From positions 23,417,170-23,480,137 of the forward strand of contig NC_068995.1 in assembly GCF_001194135.2 (NCBI RefSeq): 62,968 nt of DNA. The letters run 5' to 3'. Below, piece after piece: positions 52,947 through 62,968 of the stretch; within the stretch, counting starts at the first letter, position 1; the number at the start of each line of letters is the position of its first letter. The position numbers and the translations under genes were made by a program. Source of the DNA: Octopus bimaculoides. Its lineage: Eukaryota. The notes below the pieces were generated by a model, which saw nothing but the letters and a program-made list of their open reading frames with translations, made no database searches and had not been told where the DNA came from.

Positions 52947-53122
52947 TTTCTACAATAGGCACAAGGCCTGAAATTTGGGTGGTGGGGTCTAGTCGACTAT
53001 ATCGCTGCCAATGTTGAAAGGCAAAGTCAACTTTGGAGGTATTCGATCTCAGAATGTAAAGACGGACGAAATGCCGTTAACCATTTTGCCCAGCGTGCTT
53101 TCGACTCCGCCAGCTCACCACC
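52947..53122 (-). mobile_element. tRNA-derived SINE (family of 18825)
   Basis: Minus strand GGTGGTGAGCTGGCGGAGTCGAAAGCACGCTGGGCAAAATGG..TTCGTCCGTCTTTACATTCTGAG..GTTGACTTTGCCTTTCA. Confidence 0.85.
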
Positions 53123-54369
53123 TTATCATATGTATGTATAATATCCTTATTTTGATTCCATGCCGGACGTATACCAAAGATTCTCAAGGCAGATTTAAGT
53201 CTTTAAAACTTAAAGTCCTTTATTTCCAACTTATAATTTCTAAACTTAGCTCTAAAGTATTCGTGTCCAGATTCGCAGCAATTTCAAACTGTATTTACAA
53301 GTAAGCTAATCTAATGTTGGCACTTAGTCACTGCTAGACACGAACACGTGGTGTTTGCCGTATCTGTAAGAGGAAAGATATGACAAATTCAAATCATTCT
53401 AAAATGCGAGACAACAAGATATTTCAAATATAATGAAAGCATTTTAAATTACTATATCTTTCTAATTTAATCTATCTAGAAAAATGTATCTACTGAACGG
53501 AAATTTCATTCGCTTCTTATAAGAATCTGGTTCATTAAACATGCAACCCAACGAAAGCAATATTCATAAAAGAAATCATTTTATACTTAGGTCTCACTGA
53601 AACATTCCTTGTATTATTATGCGGAAGTAAAATAATTTCCCTATCGTGTGCATGTACTTACAGCGCGCTTTCTAAAATGGTTTCGAAATTTTTGAATGTA
53701 TTATCTAAAGTAGAGTTCTTCCTACATAGTCTTATATAAAAATCATCTGAGATACAGAATGGAATACTCACGCGGTAAAAATGCAGACCGTCATCTGTTA
53801 CACACTGTACTATAAAACTACTTTCTTAACGGAACAATCTAAAAGTTTTTGTTGAGATATTTACATGATATTATTAGCCATGCATTTATTGAACATACAC
53901 ATTTGGTGAGTAACGTTACATAAGGTCAATTCCTAATAACAAGTACGTGCAAGCATTTAGTCTTTCAGATATCGACTTTAATGTTAAGAGCTTATGTACA
54001 AGTCAGTTAAAAGGTTAGCATGTCATTTATTTCTAAACCACATTTTGCTTTGTATTTATGTATGTACAAACTCACAAGCCCCAACACATAGGTCACCACA
54101 CACAAAACCCACACACACAAATTCGCCCACTTCACAAAACCCCGCTCAGAAAACCCGACACACAAACCCACATGTACAAGCACACACACACATACACACA
54201 TATAGAAACTGTATCAGTGAGAAAGTTAAGCTAGAACTGTGAAGCTTCACTTCCCAGATGCAATACTTTGTGTTCAGTTATGTAGCTAAAATCACATATA
54301 TTCCTACAACTATAAATATCAGACCATGAACGTAAAGTATGTATATATATAAATATATCTAAGACTGGA

Positions 54370-54930
54370 ATAAGATATAGAGAGTTTGTGACAGAGCAAA
54401 CATGGTCAGAACATGGTACAAGGCTGACAAATATCAAAGACAGATGTTTGTAGAGCCCACTGTCCAGGGAGAACATGCTCGAAAATTTAGGAAAGCTCTC
54501 AAAGAGGCCAAACTCAACATGAAAATCTTTGAAAAGCCAGGGAGCTCCATCGGATCACAATTATGTCAGATGTATCCCTTTGAGAATACCAAATGCACTA
54601 ATGAGAGCTGCATGGTATGTAAGATTAACCCTGGAATTTTGCTTACAACATAAGGTACATAGAGGGTGCTTGTAATTACAAGAACGTGACATATATTGGT
54701 GAGACATCTAGAAGAATTGCGGAGAGACTAAATGCTTATTTTAGAGAATATGACGACATAAACATTCGTCCATACTTTACCAACATGCCAAAGATCAGCA
54801 CGGAGGCACACTGGTAAACTTGACATCCGCATTTAATCCCAGCACCCGATAACCCAACACTCAGACAAATACAAAAGTACGTCCTAGATACGAGATATAC
54901 GTAAAAGATAGCGATAACCCAATACCCACA
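54370..54930 (+). mobile_element. Penelope-like GIY-YIG relic (a different subfamily)
   Basis: MFVEPT..KIFEKPGSSI..YPF..KC..CMVC, then YIGETSRRIAERL (54692 onward) and HPDNPTLRQI. Confidence 0.85.
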
Positions 54931-55002
54931 GTTAATACATACATAGATAGATTTGTAAGCAGGCTGTTATATAGGCCGTTTTATTTATATATATATATAT
55001 AT

Positions 55003-55421
55003 NNNNNNNNNNNNNNNNNNNNNNNNNNNNNNNNNNNNNNNNNNNNNNNNNNNNNNNNNNNNNNNNNNNNNNNNNNNNNNNNNNNNNNNNNNNNNNNNNN
55101 NNNNNNNNNNNNNNNNNNNNNNNNNNNNNNNNNNNNNNNNNNNNNNNNNNNNNNNNNNNNNNNNNNNNNNNNNNNNNNNNNNNNNNNNNNNNNNNNNNNN
55201 NNNNNNNNNNNNNNNNNNNNNNNNNNNNNNNNNNNNNNNNNNNNNNNNNNNNNNNNNNNNNNNNNNNNNNNNNNNNNNNNNNNNNNNNNNNNNNNNNNNN
55301 NNNNNNNNNNNNNNNNNNNNNNNNNNNNNNNNNNNNNNNNNNNNNNNNNNNNNNNNNNNNNNNNNNNNNNNNNNNNNNNNNNNNNNNNNNNNNNNNNNNN
55401 NNNNNNNNNNNNNNNNNNNNN
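55003..55421. other. Assembly gap within (TA)n
   Basis: N run flanked by TA repeats. Confidence 1.
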
Positions 55422-57748
55422 ATATATATATATATATATATATATATAAGTAGGTAAATGGATATGTAAATAAACAGGTAGATGAGTAAATATGTACATT
55501 GGTTATACGGACAGACAAGCACACACACGTGTACACACACGTGCACACATACACACATAATACATAAAGGAAGACTGAAACACATGACCATATACATACA
55601 CGCACATACATAACAGATGCACGTACATAGTTTCCCACATCCATACACATTGACACATTCAGACATGCAGACACAAGCAGACAGAGGTACACGCACAAAT
55701 ACATACGCACACACACACACAAGGAGATAGAAGTATACACACAAATACACACAAATACACACACATACACGCATATACAAACGTACACACACGCATATAT
55801 ATATATATATATATATACATATATATATGCGCATACACACGCGCACACATACCTACATACATATGTGTATACACATGCACACTGACGAACACATGCGCAC
55901 AAACAAACAAACAAAAAGAACGCAACTCCGATAACGGGCAGAGTTAACGATGTTTGAAGAGGTTGCAAGAAGCAATGAAAATTTTACAACCAAAAAAATA
56001 AATGAGTGGAAATCGAACCGTTGAGTGCGTTAATTAATGACTCTCCCCAGGCACAATAAAATATGCTTCAACACACGAATTCACATAAATAATCTTCAAA
56101 ACCCAATACAAAATAGAAATATATTTTATGTTAGATTATGTTGCATATTATATTTGTATATGCCCGTAATACTTCAATAACAAGTTTACATTAATGATAT
56201 GGCTAATTTAGTTTCGTCCTCTTTAGATCAAATAAGTACAACTAAGTATGTCATCTTTCATACACACTATTTAACTGTTGAAATCTATAGGTAGAAAAGA
56301 ATATATACCTTGTGTGTTTACTGCCTCAGTATTATATTACTAACTCATGACAAATACATGACAAAGTATTTTGATTGAAATCCATTTTTATGTGGCCTAG
56401 TTGTGTTTATCTTTAGCGGGTATTCGAAATGGAAACCCTGTATATACCGTCTGATATCACGAGCAAATCATCATAGTTCCAAGTGATCAGTTTATTCATC
56501 GACCAACCAGCGTGATGCGATGATGCGGATTGATTTTTTCGAACATTCTCGGACTTGATTTCTGGTTCCTTTCAAAAACCGTTCGGCGCACATTTTTACC
56601 AGCCAGACGACAAGGAAAGCGGCTAAGACACATGGCTCAGATACATGGCAGGAACCTCCATTGCCACGAATATAGCACAATTGTTTTCAGTGATGATGGA
56701 CAAGCCCCATGTTTCTGTAGTAAAAGCTTGCCGTAAATTCCAAGCAGGATCTCAATCCCACTGTGGTAAGGCATTAAAGCAGAAAATTATTGCTGTTATT
56801 GCTGTTCCTTGCAAAATGCCAACGCGGTTTGTCTTTATGAGCGATAATGAAATTTTCTATTAAATGTTAGCGGGTATTGTTCAGTTACTTCTATATGCAT
56901 CCCAAGAAACATATTTTCATTCATCACCACAACAGCCAACAACCTTCAGACCACGACAAAATAATACTAATATAAAAAAAAAAATTAATGATTTTACATT
57001 TTCCTTCAATTCTTTCAATACTTTCAATTGATTTTCCACGTGCAGCACCTGCAGACAACTACCATTTTGATGCTGAAGGATATAAGACAACAGTGAAAAA
57101 GTGTATATGAACTTTAAATGAATTAATAGCGCCAGTCTATCATACATTTGATTCTTCTTTTACTAGAGGATACAAATGCATAATAGTTTGGAGCATAAGT
57201 CTCTCATATCAATACGTCTTTCTGTGTATATCTAAGTTTATTGAAAATAAAGGCCATAGAAAGCAAAATATCGAATATCAATATATTAAAGTTACATTTC
57301 GGTTATTGTCCTCATTGTGTTGGCTGAAACAAATTTTCAAAATCTTTCAATTTCGTCTAATATACGCCTTTCATCTATAATTTGCTTGAAGACACAGCAA
57401 AAGCCATTGTGTTTTCAGAAAATGACATTCACAGAAAATTATTGCAATAAAGTATTTTTAAATTCCAATTTTTTTTATAGCAACATGTATCGTTGTTCGT
57501 TATATATATATATATATATATATACATTCATATATATATATATATATACATTCATATATATGTATGTATGTATGTATTCATCTATCTATATATATGTATC
57601 TGTGCATGTATGTATGTAAATGTATGTGTTAATGTACATATATTCATACATGTACACACACGCGCACGCAGACTAATAAATACATACATACACAAATGCA
57701 TACATACATACATACATACATACATACATACATACATACATACATACA

Positions 57749-58310
57749 TGAGAAGACTTCCCTAGTCCTATGAGACAAGGAATCTGCACCTGAAGAAACT
57801 TACTTCGGTCTCGTCAGAACAGCGTCTGTGTCATTTATAGAGAGGCCTACTTCTGACTACTTCGATGTAGGGGCTCTCTGGTAGTCTTGACATAGTGCTC
57901 TTTCTCGATTGTTATTGACCTTATCCTCTTCTCTTTATAATCCTTGATTAGTTCCAATCTGAGTGGAAACGACCATCAACAGTAACTTTTTCTGGATTGT
58001 AATCTGCTAAATCTTCCTTGAGAGTTGGCCGTAGAATTTGTCTTTAGTGCCTTGTGTACAGTAGTGGATTAGAAAATATACACTGACAAAGTGACAGCTT
58101 CGTCGGATGTCTGGAATCGAAGTGAGAAAATTTGCCCAGTCCTTATAGCGTTGAACCCCACCACCTTTAGCAGTGAGGTTCATACAGCAAGGCTAAAATC
58201 ACGCTCTATAATCTCCTCTGAGCCATTTATTTGCCATAAAAGGATACAGTCTTTATGGCATGGAGTTCTTCATTTCACAAGAATGTCACTTGTAGTTTTC
58301 AATATCTAAT
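57749..58310 (-). mobile_element. LINE AP-endonuclease relic joined to a 3' tail
   Basis: GGGV..FVSVY..KDKFYGQL..LLLMVVSTQIG (decayed LLMGDFNAQIG), then a short segment ending directly in (ATGT)n. Confidence 0.5.
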
Positions 58311-59157
58311 CAAATTTTAGCAGTTCGTTCTAAATCACTGCAATTGTACATGTGTCACTAATATTCCAAGGATGAGAGCGAGCACAGAATGGCATAAGTT
58401 TTGCGGCAGAAATATTCCGGAACCATGTGAATAAATCTTATACTGCTTTTCGGACTGCGTTTCCGGGATTACCTGTCAGTGGATATTTGAGATGTTTGAC
58501 ATAAGAGACATGCCTTAGACGTTAAAGTTTATCATCACAATCATTCTTGGCTTAACTACTATAAAACCATATATATAATCATATACATATGTATATGTGT
58601 TCCTGTATGTGTAAGAATTCGGAGAATTCCAAAAATATTTAAGAGAACTAATAGTTATTTAAACGAAAACAAAACATTAAAATGATACTTTAATATAAAG
58701 CGTCAGATTTTAACCCTTAAAATTTATATTCTCAATTGTGCTGCGTTGCCAGTCTATAATTAAATGCGCGCTGTCTTGAAAAACGAATCTCATCGATAAG
58801 TGTACTTTTGGATTTGATGACCTATTTATTCCATAAAAAGTTATCGAAGAGCTCATAGTATAATATATCCGTGTCAGAATATTAATGAGAAGGTGTATGC
58901 GTAACTTGGTACTTGTGTAAATTTCAAAAAGATAGGAATGTCGCTACAAGTGGTTTCAGTTAACTTATGTATATTCAAGAGTAAATAAACAGAAATTCGA
59001 ATAATATGCACTCCATAGACACGAAAAAGCATATCTTAGCTATTCAAATATTCAAATATTTAAAACACCAATGCTATCCGAAAATTATAAATCAGTTTGT
59101 CTATGTGCGTGTATATGTGAGATTGTGTATGTGTGTGTGTATGTGTGAGTGCGTGCT

Positions 59158-59210
<53 letters not shown>

Positions 59211-60209
59211 TATACACACTCGCATACGCATACACATATGCGTACACACACATAGACACACACATAGACACACACATAGACACACACACATATAAATGTA
59301 TGTATGCATGTATGTATATATATATGTACACGCTACACCTGACCCTGAGAAATGTTTAAATGTTTAATTAATAATATAAACTGAGATATTTTCGAATATC
59401 AATCTAGTTCATTCTGTAGAGTTAATCCCTTTTCTAGTATCACCAAGTTTGACAGAGCTATTTATCTTTCTTGGATCGATAAAATAACTGACTGCAATTT
59501 GCTGGCCTGGCTTCATTCTAAGGCTTTCCTTCAATAAAAATTGGAATCGCACTAAATCACGAAAATGCAATATCTTTATCAGAAAAAAAGAAATAAATAG
59601 AAAACTATGAAAAAAGAAAGAAAATAGGAAGTGAAATGTCTGCAATATTGAATAAACATAGGAAAGAGTAACGAAATACATAGGAATCGTTTGTAATGAC
59701 GCTAACATGATTTACATCAATTCTACTTCATTACAATTAGAAAGACAGTCATTAGACTAATTCCACTTATCGGATTTCCAGAAATTTCCGAAGCACGCGA
59801 CCTTAACAAGCTAAGCAAGCTAATACTGATTAGAGCGTTATTATAAATGCAATACTCCGATTTAGATTTCTCATGTTTCTACTAAGCCAATTTCGATCAA
59901 TCGTCCTGAATATTAAGATGTAATAAAACGTATTATCATAGTAAGATAGCAAAAACAGCATAATGTTATACTACATTACTATTTTTAACATGGCTTCTTG
60001 ATTTTTTTTTCCTTTTCTTTTGTTATTATTATTTTGAATCTTTTTTTCTTTATTGCTATTAATATTTCTGTTCGTATTGACAGTGATGTCTATGCTGTTG
60101 CTGGTAATCACGATCATAAGTATAATAGAGACGTTAATCGGTTGTTCAGTTTTATACGTTCTATATTCATAAGAGTGGTTTCAGCAACGCGTCATGATTC
60201 TGGTACTTA

Positions 60210-60985
60210 GTAAAACAGACTGAACTATTTATTGGCAGTGAATTCTTAAAATAGGTGGATAGTTGGACACAATCCAGGATTAGGAAATATCAACCAAGTA
60301 CCTGATGCATAAAAGGGATCGAGATGCAGGAACAGCAGTAAAATGTGACAACTGATGCAGACTTTCTGGATTTAATACTGAATATATCACCCACATCATA
60401 AGCAGTTGTCCGAAAATGTCATCACGGTATTATTTACCGATGAGACATGATATTGTAGCCAGGATACTCTATAATGAAATCCATCAGAAGGATAAACCCG
60501 AGGACAAGAAATAAGAACCTACAGTATGGTAAAAGCCATAGTCACTCATAATAAAAAAAAAGGAGTACTGGTGGAATGTCTTAGTGAAGACCTCAACAAA
60601 ATGTAAGCACAACAGACTGTGGAAATTAGCTGCCCAGCGGATGTTAATATAAACCTGATGATCCGTGAAAAAGCGAACACCTACGCTGAACTATTGAGAA
60701 ATTTGCAGTTACGCTATCCAAATTATAAGCGCAGGTTTATACCGGTAATTATTGGGAAACTGAGATATGTAAGACACTGCCTAAATAACAATCTTGAGAA
60801 ATTAGGCTTCTCAAAACCAGAAGGGAAAAGCTAATTCGAAGTCTATAGGTCCAATCCCTCACTGGAACTGTAAAAATCTGTAAAACTTTCCAGAAGTTTG
60901 TCATTTCAATATATATAAGCATGTCTAGATATGCAATTATATGCATGAGAATGCATACACAAAGCAAAAGATACAAATCTGCACA
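60210..60985 (+). mobile_element. Second copy of the R4-type family seen at 5110-6730 (3' part)
   Basis: CRLSG..ITHIISSCPKMSSRYYLPMRHDIV..EISCPADVN..EKANTYAELLRNL..QSLTGTVKICKTFQKF; ends in (ACAT)n. Confidence 0.9.
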
Positions 60986-61052
60986 TATACAAACATACAT
61001 ACATACATACATACATACATACATACATACATACATACATACATGCATGCAT

Positions 61053-61143
61053 GCATGGCTGTGTGATAAGACGCTTGCTCACCAACCCGGGTCCAGTGCC
61101 ACTACGTGACACATTCGCCAAGTGTCTGCTAGCATAGCCTTGG
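61053..61143 (+). mobile_element. 5' head of a tRNA-derived SINE
   Basis: GCATGGCTGTGTGATAAGACGCTTGCT..CCGGGTCCAGTGCCACT..CAAGTGTCTGCTAGCATAGCCTTGG. Confidence 0.65.
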
Positions 61144-62968
61144 TGTGAGAAAAGTAATTTTCATAAACATTACGATCTTAGCGTGGACTAAAATACGCAA
61201 AACCCAAACTGCTGTCACTCCTTTCTTGGATTTCCATTTCTAATTGAGTACTCTCTTCAACTATCCTCCGCGGCATTGCTCATAAATCCAATTTTATGTT
61301 ATGGGCTTAAGTAAATCCAATACTATTGTGTATTTCAGAGCAGTATTCACGCCCAGATCGATTAATGATATGCTAACACGCTTTTAGTTTCTTCACTGGA
61401 TATATACTATAGAGAATGATTATTGATTTTAAACAATTTATATAACAGATACATTTAAATAGTTTGTCTTTATATAGCTAGGGCCAGAAAAAGAGAGATC
61501 CACATTATCAATGTGTTGAATACCGTCTTGAAATATTGAAAGAGATAATTCTTATCAGCTCAGCGTTTATAAGCGCTTAGGTAAATTGCATAGACTGGTT
61601 TTACATATTATAACATACTTTGTCAGCTAGATCAATAACTATAACGATGGTTTAAATCTATAAATACACCTTCTAGTACATTTACGTATTGAAAGTAAGT
61701 AGCTTTAATGCAGTTGTAATTCACATATTGTAAATACAATTACATGAACCAAAGACGTAGCATCTTAATTGATTTAAGCGAGATAGTTTATCACTGAGAT
61801 TGCTCATTGAGAGATAGTCAATCCATAAATGTATTTATATCTAAATCAAGCAAACGTGTAGAATGGACGTGAAATATAACTCATAAAATTAAATATATAA
61901 TTTCAACAACATCCCAACTCGGAGGATATCAAGATTTTACGTAACTATTCACCTTCTCAGCTGATGTTGAACTAAAGGCATCTATTCATTGAAATGCATA
62001 ATGTACAGCAGTTATTATTATGATGAGTGGTTAGTATTTAAATCGATCAGAAACTGGCGAAGTAAGAAACAGATAAATTTATACATCATCAAGAGATGAT
62101 AGATATCCCAAAAATTTAGGAAAGAGTTCATTCATCTTGCACGATCAGAGTAATATTATAAAACGGGATCCGTAAATAAATTCTATGATCAACATAGTTG
62201 AGAGATTTTTATGGACCTATATTCAGGCATATTCCATTTGTTTCAAGTAATGACTAGATGATAGTACACACCGAATCAGATGAAGGTTGGTATATGTCAT
62301 TATGGCTACCAAACAAACGAAAAGGGGTATCAAATATAAAACCAAGAAAATATGCTAGGTTTACTACAAATATACTACTTCACTTGCTGACAGGCAAATA
62401 TTTAGCAGATGATGATAAATGGAGTGGTTACTGTATAATTCGGACAGAAACGAGCAAAAGATAAAACGGACATTTTATAAGTTCACGAAAAGTAATAATA
62501 TTAGAACATCCTACTTAGGGTAATGCAAGTTTTATACGCTTATGTACTAACATATGGAGTTCCATACAAGTAAAACGGATATAGATTACTGTTGATTTTG
62601 ATAATGAATACTCTGTTGTTCGATAAACTGAATTGTTTACTCATTAATTTTGCATCAAAATGACTTATCATCCCCCACACACGTGACTTCTTAATGAAGT
62701 TCTAAGGCACGATCAGTGTAATACATTGCGTGACATCGTTGCACTTTTGGTTTGCAGGTGCAATTAATAAGTCTAGCAAATTTTGCCCATCAGATTTGTG
62801 TCGATACGAGATAATATTAAAGGACAGTAGCCGAAGGCTCCACTGAATTGGATCGATCCCGAATATCAAAATTTACAGTGAATTTACTAAACATTCGGCC
62901 ACACTTACATGTAGTACTTTTAATGGCTCATTTAAAATGAATATATATGTGTGTGTGTGTGTGTGTGT

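Noticed and set aside
57000-57074. Minus-strand exon after a strong acceptor (CCTTCAG)
   Set aside because: The open frame has no recognisable homology, the donor is weak and no partner exons were found.
62258-62700. Mariner catalytic-domain-like traces (ADDDKW, HPPHT)
   Set aside because: The motifs are degenerate and inconsistently spaced; no TIR was found.

Overview
Eukaryotic, AT-rich, microsatellite-saturated DNA with many assembly gaps. The repeat landscape resembles an octopus (coleoid cephalopod) draft scaffold; this is inferred from repeat families I recognise, not from a search. I find no intact host protein-coding gene. About a third of the readable sequence is decayed transposable elements: five R4/Dong-type non-LTR pieces (REL endonuclease), four RTE-type LINE pieces, at least four Penelope-like elements (two or three with hammerhead-ribozyme-like motifs), Gypsy pol relics, L1/Tx1-type ORF1 relics, a mariner relic, a Helentron-type HINE, a TIR-bounded MITE and several tRNA-derived SINEs. 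Most supplied ORFs are microsatellite or N-run artefacts. Best leads: (1) an LTR/PBS - LINE-type ORF1 - Gypsy RNaseH/integrase arrangement at 25.2-27.8 kb; (2) hammerhead-like cores in Penelope termini; (3) R4/Dong fragments embedded in (TAA)n; (4) unrelated near-spacerless palindromes across the window; (5) in-frame minisatellites and re-duplicated segments inside dead RT genes; (6) a speculative spliced locus at 7.8-8.8 kb. Element boundaries were placed by eye and are approximate.
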